From assembly GCA_965217895.1 (NCBI GenBank), contig CBDCJV010000002.1, positions 800,001 to 864,000 of the forward strand: a stretch of DNA of 64,000 nt, read 5' to 3'. Shown piece by piece: positions 43,340-54,260 of the stretch. Position 1 is the stretch's first letter; every line of letters begins with the position of its first letter. A program made the position numbers and the translations under genes. The notes below the pieces were generated by a model, which did no database searches, was not told the origin of the DNA, and worked only from the letters and a program-made list of their open reading frames with translations. The DNA is from Waterburya sp. (GTDB taxonomy: Bacteria; Cyanobacteriota; Cyanobacteriia; Cyanobacteriales; Xenococcaceae).

Positions 43340-44671
43340 ATGATTCACGATATATTTATGCCCGCCCTTAGTTCCACCATGACCGAAGGTAAAATCGTTG
43401 AGTGGACAAAATCTGCTGGAGACAAAGTAGAAAAAGGGGAAACGGTATTAGTTGTAGAGTCGGACAAAGCCGATATGGACGTTGAGTCTTTTAATGAAGG
43501 TTATCTGGCCGTGATTATGGTCGAAGCAGGACAAGAAGCACCTGTAGGTAGTGCGATCGCTTTGATAGCCGAAACTGAGGCAGAAATTGAAGAAGCTAAA
43601 AAACAAGCTGCATCTCATCAAGGAGGCGCAAGCGCACCCTCCCAAGCGGCACCTACAGCAGTCACCGCACCTCCAAGTGTAGAAATGGCTAAGGATACCA
43701 CTACCACTACCGCACCAAGCAACGGTACTAGCAATCACTCTGGCAGGACTGTTGCTTCACCCAGAGCTAAGAAACTAGCAAAACAACTAGGAGTTGACTT
43801 AAAAACCCTTCAGGGAAGTGGTCCCTATGGCAGAATTACCGCAGGTGATGTAGAACAAGCATCAGGAAAACCTGTTACTGCTCCTGCTGCAACTCCCATT
43901 GGTGTTGCTCCTATGGCTACTGCTAATGCTGCTCCTGCGGTAGTGGCTGCTGCTGTCCAACCTGTTGGTGTTTCTGCTCCTGCTATAAGTGCTGGATCTG
44001 GTGAAACTGTACCTCTTAATACTTTGCAAAAAGCAGTGGTACAAAACATGATGGCAAGTCTACAGGTGCCTACTTTTCATGTGGCATATACCATCACCAC
44101 TGATGCTTTAGATCGGCTTTACAAGCAAATTAAGCCTAAAGGTGTGACTATGACGGCTTTGTTAGCAAAAGCGATCGCCGTTACCCTGCAAAAGCATCCA
44201 GAAGTTAATGCTAGCTACACTCAAGACTCCATTAGCTATAATTCTCAAATTAACGTCGCAGTAGCGGTAGCAATGCCTGACGGTGGTTTAATTACCCCCG
44301 TATTACGTAATGCGGATCAAATGGATATTTATTCTCTATCTCGCACCTGGAAAGACTTAGTAAACCGCTCTAGATCTAAGCAGCTTCAGCCTGAAGAATA
44401 TAGTACTGGTACATTTACTCTTTCTAACTTAGGAATGTTTGGAGTAGATAATTTTGATGCCATTTTACCTTCAGGACAAGGTTCAATTTTAGCCGTTGGT
44501 GGTTCAAAACCTCAGTTAGTTGCTGATGATTCAGGCATGATGGGTGTCAAACGTCAGATGAAGGTCAATATCACTTCTGACCACCGTATTATTTATGGCG
44601 CACAGGCAGCAGCTTTCTTAAAAGATTTGGCAACTTTGATTGAGACTGATGCCCAGTCTTTAACGCTTTAG
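43340..44671 (+). CDS. pdhC: Pyruvate dehydrogenase E2 dihydrolipoamide acetyltransferase
   Basis: Lipoyl motif ESDKADMDV, E3-binding ASPRAKKLA, catalytic DHRIIYGA. Confidence 0.97.
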   Translation: MIHDIFMPALSSTMTEGKIVEWTKSAGDKVEKGETVLVVESDKADMDVESFNEGYLAVIMVEAGQEAPVGSAIALIAETEAEIEEAKKQAASHQGGASAPSQAAPTAVTAPPSVEMAKDTTTTTAPSNGTSNHSGRTVASPRAKKLAKQLGVDLKTLQGSGPYGRITAGDVEQASGKPVTAPAATPIGVAPMATANAAPAVVAAAVQPVGVSAPAISAGSGETVPLNTLQKAVVQNMMASLQVPTFHVAYTITTDALDRLYKQIKPKGVTMTALLAKAIAVTLQKHPEVNASYTQDSISYNSQINVAVAVAMPDGGLITPVLRNADQMDIYSLSRTWKDLVNRSRSKQLQPEEYSTGTFTLSNLGMFGVDNFDAILPSGQGSILAVGGSKPQLVADDSGMMGVKRQMKVNITSDHRIIYGAQAAAFLKDLATLIETDAQSLTL

Positions 44672-44769
44672 GATAAAAAGCTATTAGCCCTTAGCTTTTA
44701 GCTTTTAGCTTTGATTTAACTATTATATGCAAAGCGGTATCCTTATCCGAAGGTGTGCCCTTTAGATGG

Positions 44770-44918
44770 GTAGGGTGGGCATTGCATAATACGCAGAAAG
44801 AAAGCGACAAAAATTTTCTAATGCCCACCGCAATTATATTTTGATGTTGATTATTTATTTGGTGGGCAATTATATCCTGAAACATTAATTTGCTCTGGTT
44901 ATTCTATGCCCACCCTAC
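44770..44918. repeat. REP/REPIN-like element (GTAG-type)
   Basis: Outer inverted pair gtagggtgggcat / atgcccaccctac, plus inner atgcccacc and ggtgggca. Confidence 0.7.
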
Positions 44919-45003
44919 AGGCGATCTAACAATTGTATATAATCTATTGGATTAAAAATTGTCTGTGAATTTTAATTATAAATATTGATACATCTGGAAG
45001 ATA

Positions 45004-45384
45004 ATGGACGTAATCTTTAAGGAGAGAATTATTTTGTCTAGATTCATCACTCTTGTTACTGTTTATTTTGTTTTATGTACCTTATTTATTTCTCCTGTCC
45101 ATGCCGAGATAATAAATAATCTTGACAGTGGCGCAAAGGTATTCAAAGCCAACTGTGCTGGTTGTCATGCCAAGGGGGGAAATATTGTACGACGGGGCAA
45201 AAACCTAAAGTTAAAAGCTCTTCATAAATATAAAATGGATAGTCAGGAGGCGATCGCATCTATCGTAACCAATGGCAAAGGCATTATGTCAGCTTATGGA
45301 GATAAGTTAACTCCACAAGAAATAGCAAATGTTAGTACCTATGTTTTGCAAAGAGCAGAACAAAATTGGCAGCAATTAAATTAA
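45004..45384 (+). CDS. petJ: Cytochrome c6-like protein
   Basis: Signal peptide, NCAGCH heme motif and GKGIMSAY. Confidence 0.85.
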   Translation: MDVIFKERIILSRFITLVTVYFVLCTLFISPVHAEIINNLDSGAKVFKANCAGCHAKGGNIVRRGKNLKLKALHKYKMDSQEAIASIVTNGKGIMSAYGDKLTPQEIANVSTYVLQRAEQNWQQLN

Positions 45385-45926
45385 TTTTGTTTAAAGGCAT
45401 GACGACAATCATTAAAAAGACTGTTTAACTGTTGTTTAACTCGATAAGGATTTTTTCCTCTCAACATGGCAGCAATTAGTGCTTCATGAGGATTTCTTTT
45501 ATTTTGTTTTACAGCATATATAGCTTCTTGATTAGAAAACCCGCGCTGACTAACTAACCAACAAGCCAAGACTATTCCAGTCCTTCCAATCCCTCCAGAA
45601 CAATGAACTACTATTTTTTGATCTTGTTTGTCTGCTGAAATTAAAAAAGGAATAATACGCTTGATTAATATTTTTGATGAAGGAATCTGAAAATCTTTAA
45701 TTGACTGCCATAATACAGATTCAGAATTAAATTTTTGCCTGTAGGTTGCCAATAAGTTTATTGGGTAGCGATCAAGTTGCTTACTCTCCAACAAACAGCA
45801 AACTCTACTGACTTGCTTTTGCTGCATAAACTCGATCCACTGCTCAATCGATCTTTGTGTATATTTAGGTCTGGCAGCACCGAATACTATTGATTCATCT
45901 TCAGCAGCAGGAGCAAATTTATACAT
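45381..45926 (-). CDS. Dual-specificity/tyrosine protein phosphatase
   Basis: P-loop VHCSGGIGRTG. Confidence 0.9.
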   Translation of the reverse strand: MYKFAPAAEDESIVFGAARPKYTQRSIEQWIEFMQQKQVSRVCCLLESKQLDRYPINLLATYRQKFNSESVLWQSIKDFQIPSSKILIKRIIPFLISADKQDQKIVVHCSGGIGRTGIVLACWLVSQRGFSNQEAIYAVKQNKRNPHEALIAAMLRGKNPYRVKQQLNSLFNDCRHAFKQN

Positions 45927-45994
45927 ACAATAATGGTCTTTCCAATATAATGACCATAAGAGAAAGTAATATTTTTAAATCTTAATTAATATAA

Positions 45995-47143
45995 GTGGTT
46001 TATCAAGCTCAGGATACGAGTACAGTTACAGATATTTTAGAACGGGCAGAAAAAGGGGAAGATATTTCGGTAGAAGAGGGAATTTATCTTGTCAAACAAG
46101 AAGATCCTAAAATCAAAAAAGCGATCGCCACAACTGCTAACAATCTCCGACAAAAGCAGGTAGGAAATACCGTAACCTATGTAGTTAACCGCAATATTAA
46201 CTTTACCAATATCTGCGAACAGCACTGTAGTTTTTGCGCTTTTCGTCGGGACGCTGATGAAGCGGGATCGTTTTGGCTTGATAGTTCTCAAATTATTGCT
46301 AAAGCAACCGAAGCAGTCGAAATTGGCGCAACAGAAATTTGTATGCAGGGGGGTTTAAATCTCCAGGCAAAAATAAACGGCGAATCTTTAGCTTACTATC
46401 TCAATCTTGTTAGAGAAATTAAACATAATTTTCCGAGCTTACATCTTCATGCTTTTTCCCCCCAAGAAATTCAGTTTATTGCCAGAGAAGATAGCATTAG
46501 CTACGAAAAAGTGCTGTTAGCTTTGAAAGAAGCTGGTTTAGGTTCAATGCCTGGCACAGCAGCCGAAATACTCGACGATAAGGTAAGAAATGTTATTTGT
46601 CCCGAAAAGATTAACAGTGCGACTTGGTTAGAGATAATTAGTTTGGCTCATCGTTTGGGCATACCTACTACCAGCACCATGCTATCGGGTCATATTGAAA
46701 CCAAACAACAGCAAATAGAACATTTAGCCAAATTGCGATCGCTCCAGCAAACTGCCGTTGCTAATAATTATCCAGCCAAAATCACTGAGTTTATTATTTT
46801 ACCTTTTGTCGGACAAGAAGCCCCTGCCCCCATTCGTCATCGCGTCGGTAGAGATCAACCAGATGTAGCAGAAGTATTGCATTTAACTGCCGTTGCCCGC
46901 ATCTTTCTGGGTAACTGGATACCCAATCATCAACCAAGCTGGGTCAAAATTGGTCTAGAAGGAGCGCGAAAAGCCCTGGAGTGTGGCTGTAATGATATTG
47001 GTGGAACTTTAATGGAAGAGCATATTACCACCATGGCAGGGGCGCAGGGAGGCACCTGTATGTCAGTAGAGAATTTACAACAGGCGATCGCCACTTTAGA
47101 TCGACCTTACCAACAAAGAAACACTGTCTATACGTATTTATAA
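45995..47143 (+). CDS. cofH: FO synthase subunit CofH (radical SAM)
   Basis: [26 protein letters not shown] and GGTLMEEHI. Confidence 0.92.
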   Translation: MVYQAQDTSTVTDILERAEKGEDISVEEGIYLVKQEDPKIKKAIATTANNLRQKQVGNTVTYVVNRNINFTNICEQHCSFCAFRRDADEAGSFWLDSSQIIAKATEAVEIGATEICMQGGLNLQAKINGESLAYYLNLVREIKHNFPSLHLHAFSPQEIQFIAREDSISYEKVLLALKEAGLGSMPGTAAEILDDKVRNVICPEKINSATWLEIISLAHRLGIPTTSTMLSGHIETKQQQIEHLAKLRSLQQTAVANNYPAKITEFIILPFVGQEAPAPIRHRVGRDQPDVAEVLHLTAVARIFLGNWIPNHQPSWVKIGLEGARKALECGCNDIGGTLMEEHITTMAGAQGGTCMSVENLQQAIATLDRPYQQRNTVYTYL

Positions 47144-47252
47144 TTATGGAGTGTATTTTGTTTCAATTCTATGAACAAACTTAAGTATCCCAAATAGGCC
47201 AAGGTTAGTTTAGTATTGTTATCTGAAATAGTAAAAAGTAAAAAATAGTTAC

Positions 47253-48191
47253 ATGAGAGTATTAGTAACTGGTGGTGCTGGTTTCCTTGGTTCCCATCTA
47301 ATCGATCGCTTGATGAAACAAGGTCACGATGTAATCTGTCTAGATAATTTTTTTACTGGTCATAAGCGTAATATTCGGCACTGGCTGGACAATCCCTATT
47401 TTGAGTTGATTCGTCATGATATTACCGAGCCAATTTCTTTAGAGGTAGATCAAATCTATCATCTTGCCTGTCCTGCTTCTCCAGTTCACTATCAATATAA
47501 TCCCGTCAAAACTATTAAAACTAATGTCTTGGGGACATTAAATATGCTTGGTTTAGCCAAGCGAGTTGACGCTAGGTTCTTACTAGCTTCTACTTCAGAA
47601 GTATATGGCGATCCTGATGTGCATCCTCAGCCCGAAGAATATCGCGGCAACGTAAATCCTATTGGTATTCGCAGTTGTTATGATGAAGGCAAAAGAGTAG
47701 CTGAGACTTTAGCATTTGATTATCATCGTCAAAATAACGTAGACGTGCGGGTAATGCGAATTTTTAATACCTATGGTCCAAGGATGTTTGAAAATGATGG
47801 TCGTGTAGTCAGTAACTTTATTGTTCAAGCTCTCAAAGGCATACCTTTAACTGTTTATGGCGATGGTTCACAAACCCGCAGCTTTTGCTATGTTGGGGAT
47901 CTCATCGAAGGTATGATGCGATTGATGAACGGTGAACACATAGGGCCAATCAACATTGGTAACCCTGGAGAATATACGATCCTGCAACTGGCTGAAACTA
48001 TTCAAAAAATGGTTAATCCTGATGCGAAATTAACTTTTGAGCCACTTCCTCAAGACGATCCTTTGCAAAGACAACCTGATATCACCAAAGCTAAAAATCT
48101 TTTAGGTTGGGAACCTACTGTTGACCTAGAAGAGGGACTGAAAATGACTATTGAAGACTTTCGTTCTCGAATCGCCAGTGGAAAAGCTTAG
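47253..48191 (+). CDS. UDP-glucuronate decarboxylase (UXS-like SDR)
   Basis: Motifs [16 protein letters not shown] and YDEGKR. Confidence 0.93.
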   Translation: MRVLVTGGAGFLGSHLIDRLMKQGHDVICLDNFFTGHKRNIRHWLDNPYFELIRHDITEPISLEVDQIYHLACPASPVHYQYNPVKTIKTNVLGTLNMLGLAKRVDARFLLASTSEVYGDPDVHPQPEEYRGNVNPIGIRSCYDEGKRVAETLAFDYHRQNNVDVRVMRIFNTYGPRMFENDGRVVSNFIVQALKGIPLTVYGDGSQTRSFCYVGDLIEGMMRLMNGEHIGPINIGNPGEYTILQLAETIQKMVNPDAKLTFEPLPQDDPLQRQPDITKAKNLLGWEPTVDLEEGLKMTIEDFRSRIASGKA

Positions 48192-48314
48192 ACAAAATTG
48201 GTAAAAGAGAAGTAATATATATCCTTCCTTTCGAGTTTTTGATGTATTTAATTTTTATTAATGTACATATATCAAAAAAATTTCAGTAAATAATACAAGA
48301 GGTTAATAAGTTCT

Positions 48315-49661
48315 ATGCGTGTTTGCGTTATTGGTACGGGATATGTCGGTTTGGTTACGGGTGTATGTTTGTCTCATATCGGACACGATGTAATCTGTGT
48401 CGATAACAACGAAGAAAAAGTTAAGTTGATGCAGTCTGGACAATCACCTATTTATGAGCCAGGTTTATCTGAACTAATGAAGTCTTCGTCTGAGTCTGGA
48501 AAGTTAACCTTTACCGCCGATTTGGCAAAAGGTGTAGCTCATGGAGAAATCCTTTACATAGCTGTCGGTACACCGCCTTTACCTACAGGAGAAAGTGACA
48601 CTCGCTATGTCGAAGCCGTAGCGCGGGGTATTGGGACTCATTTGAACAGTGAGTATAAAGTAATTGTCAACAAGTCAACCGTGCCAATTGGCTCTGGTGA
48701 CTGGGTAAGAATGCTGGTATTAGATGGCAACAAAGAAGCTGGAAGCAATGTAGAACCTGTTTTTGATGTGGTTAGTAATCCTGAATTTTTGCGTGAAGGT
48801 TCAGCAGTATATGATACCTTCAACCCCGATCGCATTGTTTTAGGTGGTAATAGTGATAAGGCAATTTCGATGATGCAGGAACTTTATAGTCCCTTGGTAA
48901 AGCGCGAGTATGCTGAAGATAAGTCCGCCCCTCCTGTACCAGTCGTAGTCACGGACTTGAGTTCAGCCGAAATGATTAAGTATGCTGCCAACTCTTTTCT
49001 GGCAACCAAAATTAGCTTTATCAACGAAGTAGCCAATATATGCGATCGCGTTGGTGCCGATGTGACTCAAGTTGCTGCGGGAATTGGCTTGGACTCTCGC
49101 ATCGGCGGTAAATTTTTAAGTGCTGGTATTGGTTGGGGTGGCTCTTGTTTTCCCAAAGATGTTTCGGCTTTGGTTCATACTGCTGATGATTATGGTTATG
49201 AATCCGAACTACTCAAAGCAGCAATCAACGTTAACCAGCGTCAACGCTTGCTAGCTTTAGAGAAGCTGCAAAATGAGCTAAAAATTCTTAAGGGTAAAAC
49301 CATTGGTTTATTGGGTTTGACCTTCAAGCCAGACACTGACGACATGAGAGATGCTCCTGCACTAGACTTAATTGAACAACTCAATCGTCTTGGTGCTAGA
49401 GTCAAAGCCTACGATCCCATTGTCTCTCAATCAGGCTTAAGTCATGGTCTTTCAAATGTCAGAATTGAAACCAATGCCGAAATGCTGGCAGACTGTTGTG
49501 ATGCTTTGGTCTTAGTTACCGACTGGAAAGAATTCCTTAAGCTAGACTTTACCAAAATGGTCAAGTTAATGAACAATCCTCTAATAATTGATGGACGAAA
49601 CTTCTTAGATAAAAATGCTGTAGAAGCTGCTGGGATGCGCTATATTGGCATGGGCAGATAA
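48315..49661 (+). CDS. ugd: UDP-glucose 6-dehydrogenase
   Basis: Motifs IGTGYVG, NKSTVP, NPEFLREG and GGSCFPKD. Confidence 0.96.
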   Translation: MRVCVIGTGYVGLVTGVCLSHIGHDVICVDNNEEKVKLMQSGQSPIYEPGLSELMKSSSESGKLTFTADLAKGVAHGEILYIAVGTPPLPTGESDTRYVEAVARGIGTHLNSEYKVIVNKSTVPIGSGDWVRMLVLDGNKEAGSNVEPVFDVVSNPEFLREGSAVYDTFNPDRIVLGGNSDKAISMMQELYSPLVKREYAEDKSAPPVPVVVTDLSSAEMIKYAANSFLATKISFINEVANICDRVGADVTQVAAGIGLDSRIGGKFLSAGIGWGGSCFPKDVSALVHTADDYGYESELLKAAINVNQRQRLLALEKLQNELKILKGKTIGLLGLTFKPDTDDMRDAPALDLIEQLNRLGARVKAYDPIVSQSGLSHGLSNVRIETNAEMLADCCDALVLVTDWKEFLKLDFTKMVKLMNNPLIIDGRNFLDKNAVEAAGMRYIGMGR

Positions 49662-49665
49662 ACAT

Positions 49666-49766
49666 TAGACTTCCTTGCATAAATCATAATGAACTACTTA
49701 GAAACGAGGAAAAAAGTTAAAGGTTAAAGGGAAAATGATTTATCTTATATTTACGCAAGAGGTCGA
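49666..49766. mobile_element. MITE-like element
   Basis: Imperfect TIR tagacttccttgcataaat / atttacgcaagaggtcga. Confidence 0.45.
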
Positions 49767-49824
49767 TTAAACATTAAAGTGAACAAAAGACGCTGATGAT
49801 TTAAGCTAAATATTTTGTTAATAG

Positions 49825-49857
49825 TGCAAAGTAGAATTATCTGCTTTGCATTTTTTT
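49825..49857 (+). terminator. Rho-independent terminator after ugd
   Basis: tgcaaagtag-aattat-ctgctttgca followed by T7. Confidence 0.65.
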
Positions 49858-49886
49858 GAGTAAGATTGTACATTCATTTTTTGTTT

Positions 49887-49992
49887 TATAGCAGTCGAAG
49901 TAAAGGTCAAGACTATAAATAATTATCTCGCGCAGAGGCGCAAAGACGCAAAGAAATTAAAAGATGTCCTGATCTATGATTCGATTGCTATA
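49887..49992. mobile_element. MITE-like element
   Basis: TIR tatagcagtcgaa / ttcgattgctata; internal cgcagag-gcgcaaag-acgcaaag repeat. Confidence 0.55.
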
Positions 49993-50123
49993 AATGGATA
50001 TTTCGCACCTAAAAAAACATTTTTGAGAGTTAAATTTAAGAGGGTGTGTAATTCAGATTTGCTGTAATAAAATTTTGGATAAGGATTGAACTGAGAAAGC
50101 TTGTGTCAGTTCCAAACTAAAAT

Positions 50124-51950
50124 ATGAAGCTTAAAAGCAAAATTTTGCTGGGCTATGGTCTGTCTTTGACTTTAGTTGTCTTAGTCGGTGGTTGGGGTAT
50201 AATCAACCTGCGTCGCTTGGGTAGAGCTAGCGACGCAATTTTAAAAGAAAACTACCGCAGTATTCTGGCTGCGGAAAATACTATTGATGCACTTGAGCGA
50301 CAAGATAGTGCAATTTTATTATTTCTTTTAGAAAATAAAGAACAAGGTAGCCAGCAGTTTCGCCAGAATCAAATTGAATTTCTCAAGTGGCTAGGAAAAG
50401 CAGAAAGCAATATTACCATTCCAGGAGAAGCAGAAATTGTTGCCAGTATCGAACAGTCTTACGAAGATTACCTTACGGCTTTCTTTCGGCTACAGCAGCA
50501 AGCTAATCCTAGTACCGAAGACTACTACGAAACAATCGTACCTATCTTTGAACAAATACGCGATCGCTCTTCTCAACTGCGGAATATAAATCAAGCAACC
50601 ATGGAAGCAGCCTCGGAAAATGCTCAACAGGTGTCCCAACAGGCAATTTGGTCTATGGCGATCGCTGGAGCAACCGCAGCAGGAATTAGTTTGGGATTTA
50701 GTTTATTATTAACCCGTCGCATTGTTCAACCCCTGACAGAAATGACCACCGCTACGGAAAAGATTGCTAGGGGCGAATATGATATTGCCCTTCAGGTTAA
50801 ATCCAAAGATGAATTAGGGTTGCTAGCGCGAGAAATAACCACCATGAGTCAGAAACTTAAGGCATTTCGCGATCTCAACGTGGGTAAAACGATTATTGAG
50901 AAGCAGCGTAGCGAAGCAATTGTCCAGAGTATTGCCGATGGCATTATTGTAGTTGATAGCGAACTGAGAATTATAGCGATCAACCCTATTGCAGCCAGTA
51001 TTGCCAATGTTAAGTCAATGCTGGCGACTAACAATCATTTTCTGGATGTCTTTGATAATCGCCAACTGTATCAACATCTTAGACATACTGCCGAAACAGG
51101 AACACCTCCTCAGTTAGAAGACGATATTTTGACCGTTGAGCGAGAAAAATATACTCTGTACTATAAGTTTGCTATCACACCCGTAATTAGTGAGACAGAA
51201 AAGGTGATTGGAGCAATTTTATTGTTGCAGGATATCACTAAGCTTAAAGAATTGGATAATCTCAAGAGCGAATTTGTGGCTACAGCTTCCCATGAGTTAC
51301 GTACTCCCCTTACGGGAATGGCAATGAGCCTTAATTTACTTGCAGAAACTACAGAAGATAAGTTATCTGAGTCGGAATCAGAGCTATTAGATACCGCAGT
51401 CGAAGACGTGGAAAGGTTGAGAGGTTTAGTAAACGATCTGCTGGATTTATCTAAGATTGAGTCGGGAAAAATAGAGCTAGACTTTATAGATGTTGAAGTT
51501 GATTTCTTGTTAGATAAGGCAATTTCCGCTCTGCAAATACAGGCAGAACAAAAAGAAATCACCCTGGCAAAGCAATCTCTATCTGAGGAGATACGAGTAA
51601 AGGTAGATGCTAACAAAATCATTTGGGTATTAACTAATTTAATTGCTAATGCACTGCGCTATAGCGAACTAGGAGAAGAAATTAAAATTGGTGCAACCCC
51701 TAGAAATAGCTGGGTAGAAATATTTGTTACCGACAAAGGAGCGGGTATTCCTTTAGAATTTCAAAGTAAAATATTTGATAAATTCGTTCAGGTAGAAACA
51801 GAGAAAGATGTCGGTGGTAGCGGTTTAGGATTGGCTATTTGTAAAGAGATGGTTCAAGCTCATGGAGGTAGAATATGGGTAGAATCTACTGTTGGTCAAG
51901 GAAGTACTTTTACCTTTACTGTACCCAGAAGTCATAGCGAATCAAATTAG
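50124..51950 (+). CDS. Membrane sensor histidine kinase (four-helix sensor, HAMP, PAS)
   Basis: Two TMs, HAMP (DELGLLA), ASHELRTPL, NALRYS and GSGLGLAIC. Confidence 0.93.
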   Translation: MKLKSKILLGYGLSLTLVVLVGGWGIINLRRLGRASDAILKENYRSILAAENTIDALERQDSAILLFLLENKEQGSQQFRQNQIEFLKWLGKAESNITIPGEAEIVASIEQSYEDYLTAFFRLQQQANPSTEDYYETIVPIFEQIRDRSSQLRNINQATMEAASENAQQVSQQAIWSMAIAGATAAGISLGFSLLLTRRIVQPLTEMTTATEKIARGEYDIALQVKSKDELGLLAREITTMSQKLKAFRDLNVGKTIIEKQRSEAIVQSIADGIIVVDSELRIIAINPIAASIANVKSMLATNNHFLDVFDNRQLYQHLRHTAETGTPPQLEDDILTVEREKYTLYYKFAITPVISETEKVIGAILLLQDITKLKELDNLKSEFVATASHELRTPLTGMAMSLNLLAETTEDKLSESESELLDTAVEDVERLRGLVNDLLDLSKIESGKIELDFIDVEVDFLLDKAISALQIQAEQKEITLAKQSLSEEIRVKVDANKIIWVLTNLIANALRYSELGEEIKIGATPRNSWVEIFVTDKGAGIPLEFQSKIFDKFVQVETEKDVGGSGLGLAICKEMVQAHGGRIWVESTVGQGSTFTFTVPRSHSESN

Positions 51951-51964
51951 GAGAAATATAGTTA

Positions 51965-52621
51965 ATGTCCCAAGCAAAAATTCTGGTAGTTGATGATGAT
52001 AAAAACATTAGACGTACCGTAACGATCGCTTTAGAGTCTCTCGATTATTTCGTGCATACGGCATTTGATGGTAAAGATGCAATGGTGCAGCTAACAGGTG
52101 ATAAATACGATCTAATTATTACCGATCTTAAAATGCCTGGAATGAACGGCATGGAATTGCTGCAACAGGCGATCGCTAAATATCCTGAGATTAAAATTGT
52201 TTTGATCTCCGCTCACGGCACGGTAGATAATGCAGTAGGAGCGATGAAGCTAGGGGCGATAGATTTTCTGCAAAAGCCATTTACCCCTAAAGAACTAAGA
52301 AATTTAGTTCACAATGTTTTAGAAACTGAATCAGCAACACAACCAGAATCAGAATATAAATCAAGTTTAAAATCCGCTAAAAAATTAGCCAGAAAACGTG
52401 AATTCGATAAGGCGATCGCTCAAACTAAAAAAGCGATCGGTATAGACCCCTCTAAACCCGAAGCTTTTGACTTTTTAGGACAGCTACAGGAAACTTTAGG
52501 TGATTTTGATAGTGCAATTAAGAACTATCGTGTTGCAATTAGCTTAGATCCTACTTATCAACCTGCAAAAGATAACTTAGATCGAGCTACCAGCAATTTC
52601 ACTAACAGACCAAGCTTGTAA
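51965..52621 (+). CDS. Response regulator with REC and TPR domains
   Basis: LVVDDD, TDLKMPG and QKPF; TPR-like C-terminus. Confidence 0.9.
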   Translation: MSQAKILVVDDDKNIRRTVTIALESLDYFVHTAFDGKDAMVQLTGDKYDLIITDLKMPGMNGMELLQQAIAKYPEIKIVLISAHGTVDNAVGAMKLGAIDFLQKPFTPKELRNLVHNVLETESATQPESEYKSSLKSAKKLARKREFDKAIAQTKKAIGIDPSKPEAFDFLGQLQETLGDFDSAIKNYRVAISLDPTYQPAKDNLDRATSNFTNRPSL

Positions 52622-52655
52622 CATTGTTCATTAAACATTTAGCATTAAACATTCA

Positions 52656-53231
52656 TCAAAAAATATCGGCTAGATCTACAGTTAGCCCTGGTAATATATC
52701 CTCACCAGATAAATTATCGGGGTTGCTAATTACCTGTTTGTCTTGAGATTGGCAATAGATTTCTACTTGTTTCTCATCGGAATTGATTAACCAGCCTAGC
52801 TTTACGCCACAGCCAATGTATTCTGTCATCTTTTGTTGAGTTATAGATAAGTCATCAGTGGGAGACAATAATTCAATAACAAAATCAGGATCGATTGGTG
52901 CAAAACCTCTTTTTTGTTTATCGTTCAAGCTATTCCAGCGGTTGATTGCAATCCAGCTAACGTCAGGGGATCTCGTCGCACCATTAGATAATTTAAACCC
53001 TGTAGAAGAATCAAACACTATTCCTGTTTTTGACTGACGATTCCAATACCAAACTTGACCGAATAAATCTCCATTACGCTTTCCGCTTTCGCTTCCTGTT
53101 GGCGACATGATAATTAGTTTTCCCTTGGCATCGGTTTCAAATCTAAGATCGGGGTTTTCTCGGCATAATTGTTCCAAGGCGCGATCGCTAATTGAGTCAG
53201 TAAAAGCTTTTACATCGATGGTGTAAGTCAT
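52656..53231 (-). CDS. Uma2-family (DUF820) endonuclease-fold protein
   Basis: Motifs FDSSTGFKL, RSPDVSW, PDFVIELLSP and GVKLGWLI. Confidence 0.93.
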   Translation of the reverse strand: MTYTIDVKAFTDSISDRALEQLCRENPDLRFETDAKGKLIIMSPTGSESGKRNGDLFGQVWYWNRQSKTGIVFDSSTGFKLSNGATRSPDVSWIAINRWNSLNDKQKRGFAPIDPDFVIELLSPTDDLSITQQKMTEYIGCGVKLGWLINSDEKQVEIYCQSQDKQVISNPDNLSGEDILPGLTVDLADIF

Positions 53232-53282
53232 TTCTAGAATTTAAAATGATAGAATTCAAATTATTAGTAGCCATATAGATTT

Positions 53283-53344
53283 ATATTAGCTTTGTGCAAA
53301 CCGTCATATGATATAACGCACAGAATTTACTTGTTGGCGATCGC
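53283..53344. repeat. 62-bp direct repeat, copy 1
   Basis: 56/62 identical to 54078-54139. Confidence 0.9.
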
Positions 53345-53417
53345 ACTTCTTCTACAACTAAGAAAAGTATCTATTAATTTGTTAATATTTTTATTGATTG
53401 TTTCTCAACTCAAAATC

Positions 53418-54065
53418 TTATTGCTCAAGGAAACGTTGATATATTAATTGTTGTAACCCTCCACCTTGTCCATTGACTGTTTTAACTATACGTTCGCGAA
53501 CCATATATTTTGTGTCTAGCCAATATTGTATTTCGTTACCAGCTTTCTCGATATCCCAATATCCACTACCATCTTCATCAAAAATTGCTGTTTCATACCA
53601 CTCTGCTGAATGCAAGATCAAATCAGTTAGGTTGTGATAACGCAATGCAAAATCCTCAAAACTGATATCATATCCATAAACTGAACTGTCTTGATTCTCG
53701 TTAAATGCAATAGTTATAAATACTCCACATTCAGATGAATTTTCAAAAAGCGGGAAACGATATTGAAAAAATTTGGCAATCTCAGGGTAATCAGCTTTTA
53801 CTTGTTCTAGTTCCTCACGATATTTGTAGACTGCTCTTTTTAAAGATAAAAATTCGTAATTTTCAAACAAGAAGTCCCATCCAAACAAGCCGTCATGCCA
53901 TTGGTACAGTTCATAAACTTCAGATGGTAATTTAAAGGGAATATCTGTGACTAAATCTTTTATTTGTGAAACAGAAATACCAGGTTCAAGAGCTTGAATA
54001 CGATGGGGGGTATGTATTGCCATCTTGTTATAAATACGATTTAAACCATCAGTAAGCTGAGACAT
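53418..54065 (-). CDS. SMI1/KNR4 (SUKH)-like protein
   Basis: LEPGIS...FKLPSEVYELYQWHDG...FLSL. Confidence 0.75.
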   Translation of the reverse strand: MSQLTDGLNRIYNKMAIHTPHRIQALEPGISVSQIKDLVTDIPFKLPSEVYELYQWHDGLFGWDFLFENYEFLSLKRAVYKYREELEQVKADYPEIAKFFQYRFPLFENSSECGVFITIAFNENQDSSVYGYDISFEDFALRYHNLTDLILHSAEWYETAIFDEDGSGYWDIEKAGNEIQYWLDTKYMVRERIVKTVNGQGGGLQQLIYQRFLEQ

Positions 54066-54077
54066 TTAATTTATATG

Positions 54078-54139
54078 ATATTAGCTTTGTGCAAACTGTC
54101 ATATAATATATCGCACAGAATTTATTTATTGGCGACCGC
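54078..54139. repeat. 62-bp direct repeat, copy 2
   Basis: 56/62 identical to 53283-53344. Confidence 0.9.
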
Positions 54140-54260
54140 TTTCATTCTCGCTTATCAATCTATATCTTTGTACGGATCTATTTTTCTGGCTCTACTGCTA
54201 TGGTTTGGTAAATTAATTTAACTTAAGCTGTAGTACTATCTTTTAACTAGTTTATTCTTA

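Noticed and set aside
53283..54139. Classical integron attC or Xer dif sites
   Set aside because: No convincing complementary RYYYAAC/GTTRRRY ends or XerD arm, and no integrase nearby. Kept only as an unexplained repeat.
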